Assembly: GCA_002633005.1 (NCBI GenBank)
Contig: NMRA01000307.1
Coordinates: forward strand, 86,688-150,687
Reading direction: 5' to 3'
Length of the DNA: 64,000 bases
From: Phoronis australis
Taxonomy: Eukaryota; Animalia; Phoronida
Of the stretch, positions 26,001 to 37,641 are shown one piece after another (within the stretch, counting starts at the first letter, position 1; each line of letters opens with the position of its first letter). The translations under genes and the position numbers were made by a program. The notes under the pieces are model-generated. The model was given only the letters and a program-made list of their open reading frames with translations. It did not search any database and was not told the DNA's origin.

Positions 26001-28847
26001 CAGCCAGCCGCGTGCTCTGTGACAACTGGACCTCTGCATTAAGACCCGGTCCTTCACCACAGTTGATTGTGAACGAAGATTCAGCGAAACGAATCCGATA
26101 GTAACAGGCGAACGCTCTTGTTTGCTATTAAAAACTACCTCCAGCTCGCTGTTTGGCAAGGTCAATGGTCCCCCGCTTTACATGTTCGACCCACAACCTG
26201 GTGCCGAAACTTGGACGATTCGACAACTCGGACCTGCTGATACAGTAATTCTCAGTCCAGATAATCGTGTAACTTGAAAAAAGAACAACGTAAGCCTTTT
26301 ATTACACGATCGCCCCCACGTGGGTGAAACGCTCCCTGTCCTCAAAAAGATTTCAAACGAGGTACAGTTTTCCCGCCACCTAGTGAGTATCAATTTCCCC
26401 GTAAGATTGCATTAGAGTTAATGGAAGTAATTAGTTAATTTTCCACCGGGGTTCCAATTGAATATTGATATGCTGGAGCCGCGGTGTTAATGGGGTACGG
26501 TCTCACCATTTGCTTTAATACTTCGTTGTAAAAAAATTTTGGCAACCAATGCCCGATGACTAACCACATATCCTGAACTTTATTAGTGTGCTCGTGACTA
26601 AAACGCAAATAAATGCATTTTTATCAGTTGATCGTTAATATTCCGTGTATTTTGCATTAAATCTGTTGGTAAGCGAACTTCATTTTCAAATTAATGATTG
26701 CATTTCTTTATCTTCAAGCAAACGTATATTTGAAAATGGCACGTTTTATTGAATCCAGAAAAGCATGCAAATACATGTATGTTGAGATAGGGCGACCTCT
26801 CCTGGTTACAAACGGGTTGTGAAGAAATAACCAGTATTACTCTATGGAGAAGGTAAGTCAATGAATTCTAAAACATATTTAGCTCATGTTTCCTGCAAAA
26901 GCAGCTTAGAAAAGTTTATGTCACGAATAAACCTTTTACACAGTGGTACATCCGATTGTACTCGTATGTTAAATGTACAGATGCTGTTTCATTGTGTCGA
27001 CTTAAACACTACCTGAATATGTTGAATTTGCTACAGACGTTTATCGTAATACATTTTACAGAGTGAACACTGCGTGCAGGTAAACACTAGACTCACTGGA
27101 TGAAGTATAACAGTCTTTGGGAAGGATGGACCTTTTGATGGGAAAGACGGAACCGGATTGGGAACGACGGGGCTGCGAAATTAGCGCCTATACGTACGAC
27201 TTTAGCTGCTTTCGCATTAGATCAGTGAGGTAGATCAGGGTGGTAACCTACCGTACATGAACCTAATTATCACCTTTCGCACTGGAACTGACTAATATTC
27301 CACTCCGACCTAACTTTAAAGCTTCATCGTACTAAACACAAGATGTCGCTGAGCGGTACCGCAATAGGGGTCCGGCCACCAATTGTCACTTCTATTCTTA
27401 TTTGAGACATGTTTAACTTTAAAACTGTACAGTGAACAATGCATGAGTAGACGGAAACTGCAATAACACATGGGCAGCTATAGCCTCCCTACCCCCCCCC
27501 CTTNNNNNNNNNNNNNNNNNNNNNNNNNNNNNNNNNNNNNNNNNNNNNNNNNNNNNNNNCCCCCCCCCCCCCATAGAATGTCGAGAGAGTGCGAAATGGC
27601 GAGAAGCAGAGTATTAGCCAGCACCTCGCGTGCCCGTTGAGTGAGCGGGCAGATGTCGAATATGGCGGCCTGAACTCTGCAACTGCGAACACGAAGGTGT
27701 GATATTTACATCCCAACATTACATGTACGCTTTGTCGTCAGATACTCGCACACAACAAACGTTCCGACACTTGACCAGAAAGTTAATTGTCAATGGCTTT
27801 GCATCTCATATGTAACTGGCTTTTATTAGATGATTGCCATAGTTTGTATGGGCACTCCTTTTCAAATTTCAAATTGTGGCATTGCTGAGTGATGCCTTTG
27901 CTGGAGTGTTTTGTTTCATGACGCCTAGGGACTTAAAGTTGAAAGGAAGTAAAATTTCAAAACAATTTTCAACTCAACTTGCCGGTAGTGCAAGTAACCT
28001 GAACTTTCCAATGTCCTGCTAACCTACTCAGTGTCGGGCCGTCGCGCAAACCTCGAACCCTGAACAAGCCACAGCGGACTTTTTACGCAGGCGGAACCGA
28101 TATGAATAGAGTATTTGTGAAGGCTGCAGTCCCTCAATCTACTTGTGTACTGCATGGATTTGAAAAACGTCGGAAACTCAGTTAAGGTGCGAAGTTAGGG
28201 TGTTGCGTTCAAGTTCAACAAAACGTACTAACATGCAAAATTAGCAAAATGCTACCATTCAAGGATAAAAATCAAGTTTTTAGGAGGGAAGGGGTTTCTC
28301 CTCCTGACCCCCCCCCCCCCATCCCCCAAGTCGGCACTGTGTGACAAATCTCCGGCTTTTCGAAAGCAGTGTCAATATCCTGACTAATACCCTGGCGTGA
28401 AGAACTCCGCACTCTCGTGAAGTGGGAAGATAAGTTAGGACGGTCGCGCAAAATATAGTTTTTGCATTGCGTTTACGTAATCGGACCAACTTTGGTACGC
28501 TCGCTATTCTGGTTTTTTGAGCGTACTAACTTTAGTTTGGTACCAAATTTAGACCGGTCTAAATCACCTTTTGCATTGGGACTAAACTGCTAGTGGTCGA
28601 GAACTAATGTTAGTCCAATGCACGGTCCTTCTTTCCATTCAGAATGTCTGACATCCTATCGACAATCAGATCTTCGTATTGGAGGTTGAAGACTGACCGT
28701 ATAACATCTGAATCAACATACACAAATTTGTGCAAATACATTACCATATTTTTTTTTTGTAGCAAGCTGGCAGATGATTTCAATAACCATCGTAAATGCT
28801 TATCCACTCAACCATGATGCGGGAGAACGCATAAGGAAGATTAATAG

Positions 28848-30278
28848 CAGGGCTCGATATAACGAGCTACAGGTCGCATTTGCGACCTGAAATTTGGAAA
28901 TGCGAGCTGAGATTTTTGTCAGCTCGTATCAAGTCGAAAAATGCGACCTGGAATTTCCAACGAATGCGAGCTGAGTTTTTACACTTCTTGGCAGAAACCT
29001 GGCAAATATAAAGCAACTCTTTTGTTAATCCGACCGTTATTTGGTTGTTGCCAAATCCAAGTTCAAAAGAACACCGAGAACAGCCCTCCCGATGATTTGT
29101 AAGCAAGTCGCGTGAACATGGATATGCAAAATCGATCTTTGACAGGTTTCATTGGCTAACATTTTCGGCCACTTTTGCATATTTCCGGATTCGCCGAAAA
29201 AGTTTCGAGCCACTGCATAACACGTACGTGATAAAACGTCACAAAACAGCGGTGTTTCTTGTTATTCTTAACCGATCACCTTACCAAACGTTGTGGTGAA
29301 CAAATATGTTTATTTTTCGCGTAAGATGTCCCTATTACCCCACGACAATATCCCTGATATCGCCTGCTGCACTGGTCGGTCCGTCGTTAGCGCGAAAGCG
29401 GTCCCGGCAGACAATCGTGACTTAGACACGTGCGTCTCGTTTTTATCGCATAAGACAGCCAGTGAAAATGACAACCCTATTAATCGCCAAACGACGGCCA
29501 CGTCTTTATTTTCAGTTGCCAAGAAATTCTCAAAGCGCTTTACTTGTTTCTGGGGCTACGTTCGCGAAATATGATTTATCTTTCACACGTAGCTGCCAAC
29601 GTGAAGTGTCGGCCTACTCCAGCGATTCAAGTGCGTGACCACGCGCGTTCGCACCACTTCAAGGCTATACATCAAAAGAGAACAGTGACAGTCCTAAATG
29701 AAAAAGTATGCCTGCATGGCTCTATTAAGCACCCAGATGCCAGTGGTTTATTTCAAAATCAACTCTTCCCGGCGGTAATAAAAGACCCGATGCTTTACGA
29801 TATTCCCCGAGACCGATATAACACAGAACTGATATTTTCCTGTTCCGACGTTTCCCGAGGTCGGTGTTTCCTACACCCTATATTCTATGCCCGTAGCCAC
29901 TATTGCAACTAAACTGGTACTAGATGCAAAATTGTGGTTAGCCAGCTTTTTATTCTTCTCTTCATAAACCCCCCGGCAACTTTTCGCTCCCCGGATCACC
30001 GTCGCCGTATAATGTTCAGACTCCAATAGAAACAATCTTGTTCCGGCTGAAGCGGGCAATTAAAAACAAAATTATTCCGGGTGACTAAAAAGGGTAGAGT
30101 GTATGTCAGAAAGTCACCCCTACTAGATGGAGTTTGCCTCACAAAATCGTATTATTAAACGTTTCTTAACACAGCAGTCTTTTAAAATCTTATTACCGCA
30201 AACACTCAGGTTAACGACTATCCTCACGCACAAGCCTACTTCCTACCTTTGAAATGTTTCATAATAAGAGCTCACTGA
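28848..30278 (+). mobile_element. Non-autonomous hAT-like element, left portion (copy 1)
   Basis: Starts CAGGGCTCGA with subterminal tgcgacctg/tgcgagctg repeats; 28898-30278 is clearly homologous, in direct orientation, to 60442-61860. Confidence 0.75.
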
Positions 30279-30975
30279 GCATCTACCTATTTTTTCTGGA
30301 AAAATGCGGATCTGAAGTAAAATTGAGTGTTAAATGACTGTGATAATAATTTTGCTTTTCATTAAACTACTTGTCATCAAGTTCGTGCGACATCCAAAAA
30401 CATTGTTTGGAAGACATTTTAAATTAATTAAAATTCATTCAGGGATCAACAGAGTTGAGTGATTTGTCTTCTAATGCTTGTCCTTTTGACGACGTTTCTA
30501 GTGAACAGCACCACTCAAAAGACCGGAAAATATGATGTACGCTTTAGCAGCAAGTCTCCAAAAATATGAAAATATAAAAAGGGCGAAATGGGTCGTAAAC
30601 TGTAGAGCTAGAATGTGTACAGCGTTTCTGCATATGAGCTATTCTCACATTCCCAGGGTTGTCAACTGCTCACGTCACATAACCAAAAACCATTCAGAAT
30701 CAGCGGAGGTGTAAAAAATAAATGTATCTTTTTATCCCCTAATGCTTAAGAAACTGAACAAACGAAGTCAATTCAAACCTGCCTGAGCGCAGTAGTCGTA
30801 CTCTTCTGCATGTGAAATTGAACACGAAACATACTGTATACCGAGTGCCTCAATTGTGCGACAGACTGTCACAACTGCTCCACGCAGCAAAACCTTGCTA
30901 TGCACTGTAGTTAAGTAAGCTTCCGTGTAGAGATATCTGCAGGAACACAGTGACCCTTCACTACATTTCAATTAA

Positions 30976-32397
30976 AAGGGGAGACAACCTTTTTTCAATT
31001 CATTTTTAGTAAAAATGCGGTTCGCTGATTATCAGTTAACTGCGGCTTCCCGTAATTTTATTAATTATTCGTGCCCTACAACGGAAATGACGTTTAAGGG
31101 TTTAGAATTTCCCGCAATTTTGTTTCTGCGTTCGAGCTTACTATGACGATATGTTATACTGTTGTTTTCATGCTAGTTTCCTAAAGTTTTCGTCACCACT
31201 TCTCATTGACGAGTACTCTTCGACAACCTAAGTTATAAGAGAACACGTTGGATATAGGGATGGTTTAGTCTGTAGTAGTCTGAAAATGGCTGGGGATGGC
31301 GACGCATATCACAGACACAGTGACATGAGTGACGGAGACATTGTTCATAGGAGTAGTGACAAGGAATTTTTTCACGAACAGTCAATGGGTAGATAATGTT
31401 TGAGCCCGAGTATAGTGAGACAGAATACTCGCCGACAGCTGTTCAGAGGGATGAGACAGGACTGACGTGGTGGAACCTCTTGGTGCAAATGCTGTTCCCA
31501 CTGAATGGTGACCTGAGCACCCAAACCGCTTATATCCCGACGTGTGACTCCTTTGTCACACACTTGCCACCTTCTAAATATCTCCAGCACTTAAGTCAAG
31601 TCCACAATAAACTTATCAATGTCTGTCCTCTTCATTTGGTGTCGGACAGGACCTGTATCACTTCCAACTCAACATCGTTGCAGGGCTGCTTACAGGCTCT
31701 GGGCTGGAAACGACATCAGCACACAGCGAATCACTGTAGTTTCGGAAATGCATGCTCTGGGTTACATTCGGCGGCACGGGCGACAGTAGATGAAGCGCCT
31801 CCAGTCACGGTAGAGGCCACAGCTCGCGAGGCTTTTAGTTTAAGAAATGTACTTCTCAGGAGTGGCGACGGGGCACTGTCGAGAATCAACAGCGACAGCA
31901 TGGCCACCTTCTTCAGGCGATGTTTTGCCAGAACTTTCATCAATTCCATGTATATATCTATTGCATAATCCGACGGCAAAAATGTTTGCTGCTCACTCGG
32001 TAATTCTTCACTGTTCTGTACTGCGTTCTTCACAAGAACGAGCCAACTACGGCGGAGTGTGTCATGTACTGGCATACCCAGTGTATACGTGAGACGGTAA
32101 TGAGTACAACCCGGTACACAGCTACCGTGCGGCATCTTGACTGCCACAAAAATAAGCCCAAACGACGACCAAGCTTATCACAACCTAGGTAAAATAATAA
32201 CTGACTTGACAGCTCAGTCAGTCAGTCTATATGAAAATATAATGGTTGAAAATTCTCCTAAACGTTCACTTTCGGAGTATGGCACGACTAATTAGCAAAA
32301 TTACAGAAAGACGTTATTAACTGTAAAACATGTCTGGGATAATCAATGAACAGTATTTTACTAAAAAATAACATGATAAAAGTTTTTTTCTTGTCCT
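30976..32397 (-). mobile_element. Internally deleted Kolobok-like DNA transposon with THAP-domain transposase relic
   Basis: ttaa|aagggg...gtcct|ttaa (TTAA target). Minus strand reads MPHGSCVPGCTHYRL...LRRSWL (THAP N-terminus) and later DKFIVDLT*VLEIFRRWQVCDK...GAQVTIQW, resembling the Kolobok transposase N-terminal Zn region. Its terminal motif cgtaattttattaattattcgt is shared with the 36227 element. Confidence 0.65.
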
Positions 32398-32838
32398 TTA
32401 AAGACATGCCATACGTTACCCAAGTGACAGCCATTGATCCAAAACCTCGCTCCGCTAATAGAGGATAGTCACCGCTTAAGAACCTACGATGGGCAGCAAA
32501 CTATAAATCTGCCGACTGAAGTAAAAATATATTGTCGTCGTTTTTTTTTCTTCCGTGATCAGCTGACAATTAATCAGAATTAGTATCTGTCACAAGTTAT
32601 ATCGTTTATCCACATGATTTAAATCGTATCAGAAGAACAATATTCGCGATATCTCTTGACTAAACATTGTGCATTTGGAAGTTCTGTGGACGCAATTAAG
32701 AATATCGCTAAGCAAATTAGTGTGATTATGCACTTCCCCTGTAATGCATACCGATATGTCACAAACACTTGTGTGATCTTGAGATTTTTGTGAGGTTCTC
32801 CCGTCTGCGGAACGTACATCTTTTATACTTATCCACAA

Positions 32839-33192
32839 AGGCGGATTTAGGGGGAGCACAGGGGGCCCGCCACCCCCCCCNNNNNNNNNNNNNNNNNCCC
32901 CCCCCCTTGGCTGCCGCAAAAAAAAATAAAACAGCAAGAGCGTAGGGAAATGTTGAGTTTATTAATTAACCCAGGTAATTAAAATTATACGGATGAAACA
33001 AAATTTAAATGTGTGCAGTTTTAGTGTTTGGGGGTGCTCAGATCCAATTTCAAGTGTCAAATTCGAAACACGGCGCAAACCTTCCTCCCGACCTCTCCCC
33101 ATTCGGAGCTATGCGCATCTACAATCGTGGTTTGCGCAAATGCTTACAGAAAAAAGTTGCCCCCCCCTTGTGATATCCTAGATCCGCCACTG
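32839..33192. mobile_element. Composite GC-rich MITE, copy A
   Basis: ggcggatttagggggg...ctagatccgccactg; segments 32898-32985 and 33085-33192 recur inverted at 35811-35890 and 35011-35125. Confidence 0.65.
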
Positions 33193-35010
33193 ATCCATGT
33201 GTCACACCAAACATACATGCACTTGATATCACCTTGGTTCGATACAGATAAACTCAAGCACAAATGCTAGCGGTTAGAAATAAACCTTACAATCACACAG
33301 AAATTTAATGGATCTATTCACCTGCTGTACCAAATCGCCTTCAGATACGAGTCACATCGTCTGCTTCACGGCGATGGGATTCGAACCTCAGTAACGAAAC
33401 AGTGGGTGTGAGTAAATTCTAATTCTGAAACAAAAACCACGCTGATATCTTATTGAGGCCTGTTGAAGTGGTTGCCACGCCTTGCAATACATGTATGTGT
33501 GTCTTGCTCTCAAACAGACACGTCGAGATTTTCGGATAGATTAGAGTGTACGCTCTTACACGCACAATGAACATGCGCACGTGGCACTCGCAGCATCAAG
33601 AATAGTAACATAGGCGCAGTGATCGGAGCAGAACCGTACAAACTTGCTGATGCCTGAAACGACATGGCACGAATGACGTTCATAATCAAACTCAACCTCA
33701 ACCTCACGCAATAACACAAACGCGGATTCAGAGTAGACGCAGCAATTCAAAAGTCACTGACATTCAAATTGGCCTAGCGCAAGCTCCGCCACCTTGCTAA
33801 ACGACACGTGACAACCGTCACAAAAACAAAATGTAGGCGGCAAATAAACTGTCGCTAAACGACGTTCTTAATGGAGTCGATTAGCATTTTGGACTATCCC
33901 AAAACGCTTCGACAACGACAATAGGCGATGCTTTTCATAAGAGAATCGCAGGTTCATGATGTGACAATTTGTAAAGGCGACAACGAAAAAAAAGTCTTCG
34001 AGGAAAAGTATTTCGGAGCCAGCGAAAATCTAAGAACCCCACACGGTGCACCTTCACTTGACAACTGACAAGGCCACAGATGCGATCAGTTCGGGTAAAG
34101 CTGGGTATGTAACTTAAAGTCGTAGTTATCTGTGCGATGCCATAGATTTCGGGATATGAACACAATCAGTGAAGATTCACCGATATTTTTTCTGCCGGCT
34201 GCTAATTTCTGCCAAATGAAAAGTAGGTCACAAGATGGGATTCCCAAGTACATGTAAGGTAAACTGTAGGATCAAGTCGATACCCCTGTTTATGCTTTTC
34301 CAATATTTCAGCGAAATATTTTGTTTAAAAAAATCAGGTTCACACACTCCTCTTGTCCTAGACAAGCAGCTAGATTCGGTCAAATTAATGCACGGAATTG
34401 GCCGTAATTGCACCATTAAGACATTTAAGTTAGGCTTACCTTCTGATAAACTTCACATTGTTTTAATTTTTATTACACAAAGGTAAATTTCAATAATTTT
34501 AAACGTTTCATGTAATAGATTGCCTCTCCTCTGCCGATTGAATATGTCAATTTCGGAGAGAAGTTAAGTTGAACGACAGCTTACGGGTATATGAATTACC
34601 ATAATGTGCCTCACTTTTTTACTAAACAAAACGTACAGTCCGGAGAAATAAATCAAAAATAATAAAAATGTCCTTAAACCAAAACGCGGACTACCGCTAG
34701 GGCTAGTACTGGGATCCAGCAGGTGCCGAGACAAAGGGGGCCACACGAGTGAAACCCCAGAGTCAAAATCAGTTGCAGAGGCGGATAAAGGATTTTGAGT
34801 TAGAGGGGGCAAGTATTAGCAGGGATTTTTCCCGTCAGATATTCGCACCCCGAATTTCCAAATGGAATATATGAGAATTTGAAGAGCACTGCCCCCTTGG
34901 CTCCTCTCTAAATCCGCCACTGGGTTAGGCCTACACTATAGCCAAATAACTGAAAAGTTCCTATCTTGGAACAAATACATTTGTCTTTAACCTTCGAGTA
35001 ACCAAGCAAC

Positions 35011-35925
35011 ACAGTGGCGGATCTAGGATATCACAAGGGGGGCCCAACATTTCGTCTGTAAACATTTGCTAAAAGCATGATTGTGGATGCGCATAGCACG
35101 GAATGGGGGGAGGTGGGGAGGGGGGTTTGCCCAGGAAATTCTTCTGTTTTTTCCTCTAAAAATCAAGCATTTTCCTTGATTTCCGAAGTATTATCCAAGA
35201 AAAAAAGGCAAAAAAATCAGAGAAAGTGTTACACAGGAAAAGCTGCAAGCGCCACAGACTCGAATTCACCACCTGGCGGATAAAGTGCGCGTGGTTTACC
35301 ACAGCACCATGATTTAATTTCTACTTTGATACTAAGAGACCTACATGTATATGTATTTGTTTATGGTTCACAGCGTTTTCGCGCGAAACCTTTTTTGTAA
35401 TGCTATGCTTATTACATGTTTGATATTTTGTGCAATCAGTTCGTTACAAATTTGTTGTATTTAAAATTGTCTTCGATTGCCCAATATACCAAATCCGTTT
35501 TTTGTGTTGGCAATAATGACGCGATTGCTTTGGAAATCGTCTTTAGTTAAGGTTTGACAAAGAGAGAATTATGAGTTTCTGAGTGATTCACTAAGGCTTC
35601 GATTAAAATTGACATCTTACCAGAAGCTTCTGTTTTACATCATCACAAAGATTCCATTTTCTTTCAAAAATGAAGTAATTGTCTTCATTGCACAGTGAAA
35701 CAGACGACGGAAACGGAGTCGTAGTGCCCAGCGCTACTGCCGGTCGCCTGAGATATCGCGGGAGTGCCTATACTTAGCTATAGTTCCGTTACGATTGCGC
35801 CGTGTTCCGAATTAATTACCAGGCTTAATTAATAAACTCAACATTTTTCTACGCTCTTGCTGTTTTATTTTTTGCGGCAGCCAAGGGGGGGGGACGGTCC
35901 CTGGGCCCCCATCCTAAATCCGCTT
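35011..35925. mobile_element. Composite GC-rich MITE, inverted longer copy B
   Basis: cagtggcggatctaggatatcacaagggggg...gcggcagccaagggggggg...taaatccgc; both ends are reverse-complement matches to 32839-33192. Confidence 0.6.
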
Positions 35926-36226
35926 ATGCCACATTGCCAAGTCCAGGCCCAGGAAGTGACTGGATATTCTACCGAGCTGCATAACGGCCGCTGGAATTAC
36001 ACACGTCGTAGCAACACTGTTTCACCATTCTTATCGCACAATTTCTTGAGGTATTGAGTAAAATGAGCTTTATTCGCTAACGTGTTGTTTGTTGAGTAAA
36101 ATGGCGGCTTCGAAACGAAGACGAAGGTGTATCAAGAATGCTGCGTTCTAGTCAGTTAAGCCGTCAGTCGAAATCCTGGCGATTCATGTAGGTCAATTGC
36201 TATTCAGATCGGCGACGCTCGCTTAA

Positions 36227-37501
36227 AGGCGAAGGCAACCCTTTTCCATGTCATTTTGAGCTAAAATAAGGTTGGTTGGTTATCCTAGACATATTTTTCA
36301 CTTAATTACAGCTTTTCGTAATTTTATTAATTATTCGTCCGCTTTTCCGGAAGTGACGTTTTAGGAGGCAAGCGCTTCCCGCCAATTTCTTTTCACATAG
36401 TCTGACTGTGAGAGCTGCCGAGTCAGTCATTGTTCTACCTCGGTTGTGTTAAGTTCCGTCGTCGTTCGCTTTCATTTACTAGTCAGTCAACATGCCACAC
36501 TGTTGCTGCGTACCGGGATGTAGTAATTATCGGCTCACGCGCGCTTTGGGAGTGCNNNNNNNNNNNNNNNNNNNNNNNNNNNNNNNNNNNNNNNNNNNNN
36601 NNNNNNNNNNNNNNNNNNNNNNNNNNNNNNNNNNNNNNNNNNNNNNNNNNNNNNNNNNNNNNNNNNNNNNNNNNNNNNNNNNNNNNNNNNNNNNNNNNNN
36701 NNNNNNNNNNNNNNNNNNNNNNNNNNNNNNNNNNNNNNNNNNNNNNNNNNNNNNNNNNNNNNNNNNNNNNNNNNNNNNNNNNNNNNNNNNNNNNNNNNNN
36801 NNNNNNNNNNNNNNNNNNNNNNNNNNNNNNNNNNNNNNNNNNNNNNNNNNNNNNNNNNNNNNNNNNNNNNNNNNNNNNNNNNNNNNNNNNNNNNNNNNNN
36901 NNNNNNNNNNNNNNNNNNNNNNNNNNNNNNNNNNNNNNNNNNNNNNNNNNNNNNNNNNNNNNNNNNNNNNNNNNNNNNNNNNNNNNNNNNNNNNNNNNNN
37001 NNNNNNNNNNNNNNNNNNNNNNNNNNNNNNNNNNNNNNNNNNNNNNNNNNNNNNNNNNNNNNNNNNNNNNNNNNNNNNNNNNNNNNNNNNNNNNNNNNNN
37101 NNNNNNNNNNNNNNNNNNNNNNNNNNNNNNNNNNNNNNNNNNNNNNNNNNNNNNNNNNNNNNNNNNNNNNNNNNNNNNNNNNNNNNNNNNNNNNNNNNNN
37201 NNNNNNNNNNNNNNNNNNNNNNNNNNNNNNNNNNNNNNNNNNNNNNNNNNNNNNNNNNNNNNNNNNNNNNNNNNNNNNNNNNNNNNNNNNNNNNNNNNNN
37301 NNNNNNNNNNNNNNNNNNNNNNNNNNNNNNNNNNNNNNNNNNNNNGCGGGAAGCGCTTGCCTCCTAAAACGTCACTTCCGGAAAAGCGGACGAGTAATTA
37401 ATAAAATTACGAAAAGCTGTAATTAAGTGAAAAATATGTCTAGGATAACCAACCAACCTTATTTTAGCTCAAAATGACATGGAAAAAGGTTGCCTTCGCC
37501 T
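36227..37501 (+). mobile_element. Kolobok-like DNA transposon with >=156-bp TIRs, TTAA TSD and THAP ORF start; interior lies in an assembly gap
   Basis: ttaa|aggcgaaggcaacc...ggttgccttcgcct|ttaa; 36227-36382 is the near-perfect reverse complement of 37345-37501; MPHCCCVPGCSNYRL at 36492 is a THAP start. Confidence 0.8.
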
Positions 37502-37641
37502 TTAATACTATACTTGTACCAGAGCAGTGAGTTCAGGCCCGTAGCCAGCGCGGGGGCGGTCTGAATTTCTAGAAAGGTGACCTTTGATGTTTTGCTAACG
37601 TCGACGCTCGAGTTTTCAGTAAGGTCTTGACGTAGCCTAAT

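Noticed and set aside
33370-33392. tRNA gene (B-box-like gggattcgaacc)
   Set aside because: Isolated B-box with no cloverleaf; at best a SINE fragment.
36430-37401. Long ORFs of 291-323 aa, and 45288-46020 ORFs
   Set aside because: Artefacts of reading through N gaps.
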